DNA of 63,172 nucleotides, counting the filler, from Octopus bimaculoides (taxonomy: Eukaryota), in NCBI RefSeq assembly GCF_001194135.2. It is 5 parts of 4 records of this genome, joined end to end, with 100 filler letters (N's around TTAATTAATTAA, not from the genome) between each part and the next. Parts side by side here need not be neighbours in the genome. Positions count along the whole stretch, not along the records: positions 40,295 to 61,698 come from NC_069001.1; positions 61,799 to 63,172 come from NW_026335232.1; 3 more parts are not named here. One strand, given 5' to 3'. The notes under the pieces are model-generated. The model saw only the letters and a list, made by a program, of their open reading frames with translations, was not told where the DNA came from and did not search any database. How positions within the stretch are numbered: position 1 is the stretch's first letter; every line of letters begins with the position of its first letter. A program made the translations under genes and the position numbers. Of this stretch, positions 52,201-63,172 are shown piece after piece.

Positions 52201-52897
52201 ATTAATATTGCTTCTGTCACTAATAAATACATTGGATAATGTAGATCTGATATACACTACGGTGCAAACAAGGTGTTGATTGGAGGGAATGTTTTTGGTT
52301 AAACATCTGCTTCAACAATTCAGACATTTCAATTTGATTAATTCCTGATTCCCCACAAAGCTCAGATACTGAAGTCAGAGCGAGAATTATTATATCAAAT
52401 TCTTGTTTTTTTGTCCCCGTCAAATCCGTCGAGTTGTAGATTAATGTTCGTCTTGGAATAGTAAGAACTTCAGAACGTTAAATAAATTGCCATACCACTC
52501 ATAACAACCACAAAATTATTGATTTCCTACTTTACTACACGGTATCAAATTTATAAAATGATGTAACCTTCAACTAAATTATTCAAAACGATATGCATTT
52601 CTGAAATTATTACAAAGTTATAGATTTAAATGAATGAAAACTTCTTAATTTCCGTCTTGTCTCCAATGTTCGTGTGCTCGAACCTGCTACAACGTATTTC
52701 ACTCCAAATTTCCCGTTTAAATTGTTCTACATTTTCAGAATAAATTCTTATAGTGATACGAACGTGAATATTACCATTAACAGTTCCTGCAGACATAAGC
52801 TTTTTTTTTCTCTTTTTTTTTTCTCTTTTTTTTTTCTCTTTTTTTTTTTCTCTTTTTTTTTTCGTAACCTTAATATCTATATATTCTCCTTAAGACT

Positions 52898-53050
52898 GCG
52901 AGCTGGCAGAATCATTACATTCTAAGTTCAAATGTCGCTGGAGTCGATTTAACCTTTCGTCTATTCGGGATCAAGCACTGGTTTCGATGTATTCAACTTA
53001 GCTTCTCCCCAGATATTGTTGGTATTGCGTCAAAATTGGAAACCAATATT
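52898..53050 (+). mobile_element. Degenerate family B SINE
   Basis: GCGAGCTGGCAGAATC..GTTCAAATG..AAAATTGGAAACCAATAT. Confidence 0.55.
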
Positions 53051-53344
53051 TTTACACAATCTCCGTTGTTCATTTATTCATTGTAAGAGAAAAGGGAATA
53101 TATTCAGTTTATTGTAATCATATTTCATATTTCTCCTAAAATAAACTGATATAAACGGAATCAGCTTCTAAAGTATATCTGCATATTTCCAAAATCCAAA
53201 TTTTATCATGTAAATTAAATTTAGAATATATTTAAGGAAAATCTTGCATAGTTCTGATATATTTTGATTGTAATTTCATTTGAAATTAAATCACCGTTTG
53301 TATTTATAATCTAATTTTATTTCTTTTTTTTTTTCTATTTTTAG

Positions 53345-53415
53345 GTAAGTACCTTGAATTGTTTCACAATTTTGCGGATATAGCTACCTGCTGTAAACGC
53401 ATCGAATTATATCAA
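53345..53415 (+). CDS. Candidate 71-nt exon, (G)KYLELFHNFADIATCCKRIELYQ, beginning with GTAAGT (recursive-splice-site architecture)
   Basis: Branch-like CTAAT at 53311, long T tract, TTAG|GTAAGT, downstream donor CAA|GTAAGA at 53416; one frame is open. Confidence 0.5.
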
Positions 53416-54162
53416 GTAAGATCTTAAAAAGGATTCTTGTTTTGTTGCGTTGTTTGTTTACATAATATGTAAAATATACCTGAAGTTAAAAAAAAAACAG
53501 TAATGCTTAAAATTTAAGTGTATTACATGTAATTTACATTGCATTTATCTTGTATTTTGTAGTAAATATGATATACACGTTTCTAGTCAGTGAGGAAGAT
53601 AGACTTAGTGTATGCCTTGCTTATGGATTCGTAGGCTTTCTAAAACATTCCAAGAAATATTTGAGCTGAAATTCATTTATGTATGACTACGTTGTTCCAG
53701 CGTTTTCAATTGTTCTTCTCGCTCACATATGTACTAATACTAACATACGCACATACCAGAATTGAAACTTTCATGCAATTACTTTAAAACATTAATATTT
53801 TGTGGTCATTCAATTTAAACATAATCGCAAAACTATGTTCCTCATTACAGTTGAGATTGAAAATTTCCTATGTCTGTGAATATTTTAATAAATAATCCTT
53901 AGTACCTTCACTGATTAATGACGAGGTGATTGTTTTATTGTTTTAAGTAAGTGATTAGCAGAATCAGTATAATTCCGGAGACGGTGTTAGGCTATATCCT
54001 TTAAATCACCTTGGAATTAACTTTGTTTGTATTCTTTCGAACGGAGAAGGTGTTATCATTGAATATACAACTCTAGCATACATATTCGGACCCATACTCT
54101 CCTATGAAATCATGATAACGGTTCAAGTTTATCTACACCCACTTGTAGCGATTACTTTTGTG

Positions 54163-54198
<36 letters not shown>

Positions 54199-54202
<4 letters not shown>

Positions 54203-54317
54203 TATATATTTAAATCGTCATGTTAGAAAAATGTTATAAAATTTTGAGTATAGAAACATCTTCTATACTCAAAATTTTATAACATTTTTCTAACATAACG
54301 ATTTAAATATATACTTT
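54199..54317. repeat. Near-perfect hairpin with 57-bp arms and a 5-nt loop
   Basis: 54199-54255 is the reverse complement of 54261-54317 with one mismatch. Confidence 0.95.
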
Positions 54318-56399
54318 AACCATATTACACAAGCCTTCTGTAGTTTTTTCACTCTTTTATCTTTTATACATCCAACCACGTGCTTTCACATACCAACTTT
54401 CTCACCTATATATATATTCTCCCTTATGTGAATACCTATTTTATTGAAAATATGCGCTTTCCTCAAAATATTGAAGTGTATAAGACATATTCTGTTAATT
54501 TTTAGATGTAGTAAAAAAAGGAAGAAAGTTCTTGCGTCTGATTCAATCGTATCACAGATGGGAAACGTAGTGTTTTAACTAGATATTCGGCAGACCCTAA
54601 GTCCGCTAGACACAATAACTGCAATATATATAATCATATTTGAATCAAGACAAATTATTACAAACTTTTACCATAATTATACAAGAACTACTAATAGGCA
54701 GTTAATCGATGTGACACATCGTGTCATTGTGCCTACTTTTCCAACATACGTAACCGAAACCTAATGGATGTCATACATTATTCCATCAGTGTTTTACTCT
54801 TAAGCATTTTTTCATTATCTAAATTTTTAAAATGTTTCTAGAAAGATGAATGGAAAATTAGACATTTGCAATGATCGGATGACAACAAATCTCTAACAAA
54901 AGTGGACAAACATGGCGTGAGGGTCTTTCGTGGAAGCCCAATATATTAGATTCAAAAATACATGTTTCACATCATGTGTGGAAATTTTCGTAATTAAACA
55001 GTTATATTGCAGACTAAAATTAGTATATAAAGGTGAAGTACTGTAGTTCCACAACGTAGGTTTTTATGATTTAATTTCTGTAAAGTACTAACTGATGACT
55101 GGAAAATAAAACAGACAATATTATAACATTAAATTTCGGATAGATGTTGCATCGGCAAAGAATCATGGTAAAAGGGAAGCAGCGCAGTAGTTTAATCCAT
55201 CGCTACCCGGTAGAATGGTACGAACCTCGAGGAAAAAACGACCTTTAAATCAAACCTGTTAGACGTAGCAAACACAATCGCAGTCCATGAATTGTAAAAT
55301 GACCAGAAGTAGAAGTTTTAGACATGCGTGTGAGACAAAAGACGTTCGAACCTTTTAATATCCACTAAAACGATTATTCACCATTGAAGACTGATAGCAT
55401 TGGAGAGGGACATGAACGATTCTTAAAGAGTTAACTGTATTGTGTTCAACATTTACGATGAGAAATAAAACTGTAGGAGATCAGTACAAGAAGAGCAAAA
55501 ATCGCCCCATGGATACGTAGATTAAATCAAATATCATTCAGAAACATGCGATGAATACAAGAAAATGAAGTAATTTTTGTCTTTCATACACAGCAAACAT
55601 ATAAGGAGACACTTTGACATTTGATATGCCATTAAAGATCGTAGAATCGAAAGGTGCTAAATCTGGGGTTGGTATAACATGCGCCCATGAGAAAATGCAC
55701 TGCACAATTGTATTAGATTCATTCATGAAGCAAAACTGCCACCTTTGCTTTTCAAAAGAACTACAATAACTGAAGAAAGGATATCCAATTGCATTTATAT
55801 CCATGTCCATACAAACGTTTGGAAGGATGAAAGAAGAATTGTTTTGTGGCTTGATAATATGAGGTTCAAGCGTAGAGATGAGCTGTTAAAGAAAAATGCC
55901 TTTTTTCGGATCGGTTTTCTCTCATAGAAATGTTGTATAATTAAAGACTCGATTGGTTGTAAATCCAAGAGACTTCCAGTCAGTTTCTAAGATCCTATTG
56001 CCGAGAATTCTAGTGCTGAGGAGAATAATACGGATGCCAACAGTGTGGCTGAGTTTTCAGGCATTGCAGATGCTGATTTACTTTCTGAAGAACATGGTCT
56101 TCTAGGTCTTGTAAATGAGGATTAGATGAAACTGTGCCATACATTTCTTTTTAATTTTTTCTTCATTGTTATGTACTGTAGCCTCTGATGTTCGCTGGTA
56201 TACCAATTTCTGACGGAGTACATTCAGTTTTTATTCTTTCTTCCTGCACTTGTTTTGCTAACATCCAACGAAAATTCACTTTGTCTGCGTACACTGTAAC
56301 TATTCATAGGAAATTATTTACATTAATTGTAATTTGCTGTTTGCCTTATTTCAATTTTTAACTATACCGATTTGCTTTTTTTTTTTTGCTTCTACCTAG

Positions 56400-56434
56400 A
56401 TTCATTGATAGCAATTTCCCTGGTTTTTACTATG
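56400..56434 (+). CDS. Candidate 35-nt micro-exon, (R)FIDSNFPGFYY(G) or SLIAISLVFTM
   Basis: Long T tract with CTACCTAG acceptor and ATG|GTAAAT donor; two frames are open. Confidence 0.25.
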
Positions 56435-58430
56435 GTAAATTTCACTTACTTTCCTTTAAAGATTACAGTAAATTTACTTTGTTTGTTTTCATCACCTGTT
56501 TCACTATAATATCACAACATTTTATTTACATGGTCAGCACCATAGGTTTTCCCTTACAAAGCTCAACTGAATTACTTTGCAATAAGTATATCATGAAAGA
56601 TGTTACAATGTTTTCACGAAATACACTTAAAAATACGGTAATTTCGATTGATTATGTAACTATAGAAATAACAATGCATATTCCTTATCAAACAAGTGTT
56701 GGAATAAATTAAAGTACCCCGTGTTTATGAAATTTAACATTTACTGTATTTATTCTATATATGTGCGTATGTCTGCTTGGGAATGAGTATTACGATGAAC
56801 ATTATATTGGTGACAGTATTCATGTTTTTCTAGAACGCCTAACCTATAATGACATTGTTTCATTATTAAGAAACTTAAAATCATTAGACTGATGTCATGA
56901 TGAGAAAGCTTTTTGCAAGGATTCAACTCATTCCATTGAGCAATATTGACCTGCATGGTAAACATAACACGGTTTATAAGTAATACTGGCGTTAGTGTTA
57001 TATTTTTGCTGCAACTTCTACATCTTCCTTATAGGAATTTATAAGGCACACACATAGATATGTCAGAAAGTAAAATACATAAAAACATACGTATGTACGT
57101 GTTAATATTTAGCAGATGTAACAAATGACTGAACAGCCTACAGTTTCGTGACCAACGCATAAATCTCTGGTACTTATACTAGATATTAATAAAAAATATA
57201 CACACACTAAATATTTTTACTGCCTGCATCAACATGCCTATATGTGTGTGTGTGTGTGTGTGTGTGTAATTTTACGTGTTAGTCATGCTCCTATTTCTTC
57301 ATAGATTTTATAAAGTATGAACAAGTTTATTGAGATGTCTATATCACATGATCAATAACAGTGAAGCAAATAGCCAATCTGTTTATATACACATCAAGTA
57401 GCTCATAGCAGCGGAACTACTAATTTGCATATTATACATGTTTACCTATTTATTTGCTATTAAAAGCCTATCAAAGCGGAGCCCAAACTAGAGAGTATCG
57501 ACGTATAATTTATTATATGTAAACATACCATACCGATTTCTGCGTACAGTGAAAAAATATTGGGAGACTTAATTGATTTTCAACTCTTATATGAGGATGA
57601 AACCCATAACAATGTTATGGCGAAGCGAACATTTTTTCAGACCATGCTTATATCTGTCTCAGCAAGATACGTAAATGCTATAACGCATTCTTATCTGCTG
57701 TATTTATTTATTTTCTTGGTGTCCACATTGAATGTTTGGTAATCAAACCGGAGGCTTGGCAAACTTTAACTGGAAACAAAAAAAAACAAACATATTTTCA
57801 CATAAAATACAGAAAATCAAGATATTGTGACGTCCCATAACATTGGTAGGCGTATTATGACGGAAATATAAGGAGGTGAATTCACCTTCGAATAGAAGTG
57901 TTTTCATGGAATATGTACATCAGGAGTTTAAATTTTCCACTACGTAGCTCGACGCATATTCAATCAAGGATATTGATATCGAATAATATCGATAGCATAT
58001 ACCCATATCATACAAATCTAATCAGATAAGAACTTATAATAACATTGCTTATAATGGAATTCGTACTATGAGTGAATTCTCATTATATATGCCTTTGTGT
58101 GTGCGTACGTATGTATACATATATGTATGTATGTACGTATACATACGCACACATGCATACACATGTGTATGCCTAAATCTACGTATATGTTCAGATATAT
58201 AAATGCATATGTACTTAGATACACGTATCCAGAAGCACACCACGCACAATAATATTTATAGAAAGAAATAGAAACATACTGAAGTAATAAAAAATGAAAC
58301 AGTCTTACTGGGGCAGACAGTGAGAGGAGAGGTTAAATATTTTGTAAACTTACAATGACTATTCCTTCAAGCAAGCGTGTGGGAAAGAGATCCTTCAACA
58401 TGAAATATAGACAGTTTACAAATGGGCAAA

Positions 58431-58472
<42 letters not shown>

Positions 58473-59139
58473 CACACACTCATATATACAGAACGTACAT
58501 TAATCAAATGTAAGATACACTGAAATCCATGCATTGAAATAACTCTATGTGATTTATAAATCCTTTCCATGGACGTTAAGATATCTTTCATGCAGGAACA
58601 TGCGAAGAAATCTTACGTATAAATAAATCGCATTCATCAGAATGTCTTCGAGTAAACTGATGTTATTTCATAATTACAGTTTTGAATTTTATTAAGCTCT
58701 TTGTTAAAATCTTGAAGAAAAAACTACTCTTGAGGCCTACAAAGTATTTATAACAGTCGTGAATATTAGTTTTGAATGTTACTGCTCCTGTTCTAGGAAG
58801 AAAACAGTGCATTTCAGTTCTTCATGTTTCTCAAATTTTCGGTGGATTTCTTTGGTTTCCATATATGAATACAAATAACGCCATTGAATTATCTACTGTA
58901 TTACCATCGGATTAAAGCGAGATGATTATGTACATATTTTTAACTACACTTTCCAGTAGATGTTTTTTTTCCTTCAAGAGTGTTTCAATGCTTTCTTTAA
59001 TTTTACGTTGGTGGTCTGGTACCTCTTGTTATTACATCGATCGTCTGTGTTGTGTTCTAATTGTGTTTGTGGTATTTCAAGCAAATCATAAAAACACCTG
59101 CTGATATACAAACATGGAAATTACACATCTCACAAGGCT

Positions 59140-59580
59140 GACCACGTACACAAAAGGAATATGTGTTGCAAGAAGCTTGCATCCCAACCACATGGTTCCG
59201 AGTTCACTCCTACCTATATCAAAATAGCGAGTGTCTTCTATTATACTATCCACTCGAGCAAGTGTCTTCTAATATAGCCTCGAGTCAACCATAGCTTCGT
59301 CAGTGGATTTGATAGACGGAAACTGAAAGAAACCCGTCGTGAATATGTATAGAACTATGACTGCGTGTTTTTGTGTCTGTGCTTGTTCCACCATCACCTC
59401 TCGACAACCGGTGTTGTTGTGTTTACGACCACGTAACCGAGATATTCGTCAAAAGTGACCAATAGCATAAGTACTAGGCTTTAAAAATAAGTCCCGGGCT
59501 CGATTTGTTTGACTGAAACCCTTGAAGGCGGTGCTCCTGCATGGCCGCAGTGAAATTACTGAAACAAGTAAAAGAATAAA
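59140..59580 (+). mobile_element. tRNA-SINE family A, full length, diverged
   Basis: Head and tail both present. Confidence 0.75.
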
Positions 59581-59581
59581 A

Positions 59582-59620
<39 letters not shown>

Positions 59621-59738
59621 GAGAGAGGGAGATTGTCAGTTTCACTTGTTTGTCGCGGTGGCGTGAAACTTGGTTTATGAAACACACACTCAGCTTCAGT
59701 TTTAATAAGACACTTTTGGGGGTGTGAGTGCATGTGTG

Positions 59739-59779
<41 letters not shown>

Positions 59780-61029
59780 GGAGGGATATGTCATTAACAT
59801 CATTATCTCACTATTATTATTATTTTCTTCAAAATTTTGTTTTGGGGTTTTTGTTGTATAAATTATCCTACTATGGTTGTAGAGCGCTGTATGAATATAT
59901 ATATTCAGAAGACGTACTCGGAACTGGGTATTATGTTATTCATGCCTTTTCCCAGAATGTTTTCGTCCTAAGTGAAGTGAAACGTCTTTATCCGATAATT
60001 GAAACTGCTTTGCATGCTAGAGGGAACAGATAGTTGTTGCTTTTGTTGTGAGTAATTTGTGGAGACTAGCATGGAAGAATTTCTATCGGATATTCATACG
60101 AGATCATCGCCAAGAGATGTTCATTTCGTCTCAGGGTAATTTGTTCCCCAGTTTAAATGAAGTCAAGTATATTTCTATATTTGTCATTGATGTTTGCGTC
60201 TGTACAGCTGTTACAGTTTATGCTATTTTGATACAAGATTTTATGTTCTCATTTTAGCTATACATTCTACCCTCATCAGTGATCGTTATTCTTAAGTACG
60301 CCATTCCCCTTAGCAATCAATTGACAATTTTCGTTTCACTTTTGTCAAACAATATACAGTTATTATCATTTCTCTTATACTCTTGTGTGCAAAGCAAGAG
60401 ACAAGACGTAGATATATAAACATTAAGTAACAATTTAAAAATTACATAATATTCTGTGGTATTCGCAGTCCGTCTGCCTAGAGTTAGAAAATACAGTTGT
60501 AATTATGTTTCCATTGAATCCATGGCTAATTCAGTAACAACATATTGAAAAGTTTTGATTACAGCATTAACTATTGCTACTAGGCAGAAATACAAACACA
60601 ATTTCAGACAAGAATCTATTATACGTTTAAAAATTGAAAATGAACCTCATTGAGCTTATATTGCAATTGAAATGCTATCTAGCCATGCACATGAAGATAT
60701 CTTATGCAGTCATGTGTTCCCGGATATATTGATCTTTGTTAAGTATATTATCACGTCCTAGGGGCAAGTGATGGAGTTCAATAACGTGGGGTGTATAAAG
60801 ATTACAGGTCAGAAACAGTTCAGTTTAGATGTTCTGTCTACTAATTTGAAATTGATTCTTGCGAACGTATATTTTTCTTCTCAGATTACAAAAAATGTGA
60901 CCAGACAAATCGAATTAAATACAAAATAAATTATTAAAATCTCAAAGATAAATAATTAAGTCGTTCCAAATTTCGTATATTCCTTCCTAGATTTTGGTCA
61001 AGAATAGAACCCTGTTTTTATATATATAT

Positions 61030-61698
61030 ACTATCAGTATAACCCGACGTTGTCCGGGTGTGACTTATTACGCCATCTACGATAAGTCTTGCTAGGTGAA
61101 AATCAACTAAAAAAGAAAGCCTTACAGTGAAAAAACCCTTATGATGGAAATATGTTCATAATTCAAAAGACGAAATTAATAGGGAAAGTGTGAAGGCTGT
61201 TTTGTGTAACATTATTAAGTGTACGTAAATTTCATCCGTTTAATTGGCTATACAAATGCTTGTGCAAAACAACTTTTTGCACTGCCTTGATTATACATAG
61301 CAGGGTAATTCCTTTTCGCAGGAGGTAGGACGGCAATTTCTGCCGAAGCAATTGCTGACGATCTGTTGCTACACAGTTCTGCCAGAATTCTATCAGATTG
61401 GGCAGTAGATGATGATGCACCGTTTTGCATTATGTTCAAAGCAGCTTCTGGAATGTGGTGAATTGCTGCAGTCTGTTGCTGTCTTTTTAAACCGGTTGCT
61501 TTCTTTCCCCAGCAAGCTCTATTGTTTGGAGGCATAATCTATATACATATTAAACAGAACAACAAAAGTTATAACAGATGGGAGGGTCGGTAGTTTTCAC
61601 ATTTCGGTGATTTTTCAGATAAACACCCGCACGATTACGTAACCCTAAAACCGTAACCGTAAGACTAACCCTCATCGTAACCCCAAAACCGTAACCCT
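61030..61698 (-). mobile_element. Probable Helitron-type element 3' end, containing a 95-aa ORF
   Basis: GC hairpin ACCCGACGTTGTCCGGGT (61042-61059) about 7 nt from an ATAG terminus (CTAG-like), next to (TA)n. Confidence 0.4.
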
Positions 61699-61798
61699 NN
61701 NNNNNNNNNNNNNNNNNNNNNNNNNNNNNNNNNNNNNNNNNNTTAATTAATTAANNNNNNNNNNNNNNNNNNNNNNNNNNNNNNNNNNNNNNNNNNNN

Positions 61799-62520
61799 TC
61801 CACACCGGTACCTCCCCCTCCATCTTCCCGTCGCTTCCGCTATTTGCTAATAGTTTACCAAATCTGTGAGAAATCGAACGGCGGCGGCGGCGGCGGCGGC
61901 AGAGCGCTGTTCACCCCTGCCCAAATTCATGTCTTTATCGACAGCCTTTTGAAGTTTCGCATACACAGCATCACTACCGGCTGCATTAGCGTCATCATCA
62001 TCACCATCTTCACCATCACCAATCACTGTCATTGCGATCGTCATCAACATCGTCATCATCAATATCATCACCACCAGCATCATCATCGTCGTCATCATCA
62101 TCATCGTCATAATCATCATCATCGTGATCCTCCCTCTTCCCTCCTCCTCCTCATCATCATCATCACCATCATCATATTCAGCATCATCATCGTCATTGTC
62201 ATCATCAACACTGTCGTCGTCGGCGTCATCATCATCTTTACCACCAGCTGGTCATCACCACTTCCACCATCACTGTCATCATCATCATCGTCATCATCAT
62301 CGACAACATCATTGTCGTTGTCATCATCATGACGCGAATCATAATCGTACATTTTTATCATCGAACATCGGTCGCCGACGCAGTCTTTGTCGTTGTCTTC
62401 AATCCCTCGGCCTCCTCCTCCACCTCCTCGTCTTTCTCCTCAATCCTTCTTCGCAAAACCATCTTCATCCTCAATATCATTGCTAATGATGCAGCCGGCA
62501 GCTAGTATTCTCTTTTGCAA
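61799..62520. repeat. CpG-rich degenerate (CAT/CGT)n region with (GGC)7
   Basis: Asp-rich on the - strand and His/Ser-rich on +, with several frameshifts. Confidence 0.8.
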
Positions 62521-62880
62521 CAGATATCCTATTCCTTAATTCTTCGACCAGGGAACTGGTAACTACTAACACCCTTCGATACGGATATTCCTTGATTCTT
62601 CCTCTCTGAAGACGAAATGGTTGGGATTTCATATTATATGGAAAACGTTGCCAAATGAAATAAGCTACACGCGCTCAGCTTTTCTAGAAACAGCTGTAAA
62701 AGTCTTTATGTGTAATCTCTTCATCCCTTTACTACTCTACTAAGCCAGCAGTTATGCTTGAATTATAAATTTCATGCTCTACAGTGATACCACGTGTCTT
62801 GCTTGTTCATTATTTCTGTCTTTCTAACACACACACACGTGCACAAACAGATATACGCATTCACATATATATGTGAGTGC

Positions 62881-62921
<41 letters not shown>

Positions 62922-63172
62922 GATCGAACAGGGGAAACTGAAGAAGGGTATTATTCTTTATGTTGCATGTCTCGTTTCTCCGTTTGTCTTTTTCGTTGTT
63001 CGAAAAAATTCGTTTTCTGTTTTCGTCTTTATGTTTTCGTTTCTCATTGTGTTTAACGATTTTTTGTGATGTCCTGTACCCATATATGCATGTATGTATA
63101 CATATAGATATTAGGTATGTACATATATGTATGGATATATGCATATATTTATATATTATTTATATTATCATA

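Noticed and set aside
52005-52232. ORF with a GPCR TM5-like segment (IVPLIVITAAY)
   Set aside because: No flanking TM3 DRY, TM6 or TM7 NPxxY motifs in any frame.

Overview
AT-rich, microsatellite-dense eukaryotic DNA with many N gaps. It is most likely octopus/coleoid cephalopod intronic or intergenic sequence; this is inferred from the SINE and LINE families, the repeat load and the gap linkers, not from a database search. No host gene is recognisable with confidence. Most of the window is decayed mobile DNA: three Tc1/mariner remnants and two maT-like Tc1/mariner fragments, an internally deleted hAT element with TIRs and a degenerate TSD, a Gypsy integrase with PPT and LTR, R4/Dong-like RLE retrotransposon fragments, RTE 3' ends, Penelope-like RT, GIY-YIG and terminal fragments, a CR1/L2 fragment, four tRNA-SINE families, MITEs and a probable Helitron 3' end. 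The best non-TE candidates are a + strand exon at 53345-53415 with recursive-splice-site architecture, a - strand low-complexity coding exon at 46786-46411 that ends inside a SINE, a possible signal-peptide/CxxC exon pair at 41004-40632 and an NRF1-type promoter motif at 4015. Structural oddities include near-perfect fold-backs (28392-28548, 54199-54317, 8007-8143), a degenerate Penelope-type hammerhead and a TIR element carrying (CCCTAA)n. Coordinates of decayed repeats are approximate and all translations were done by hand.
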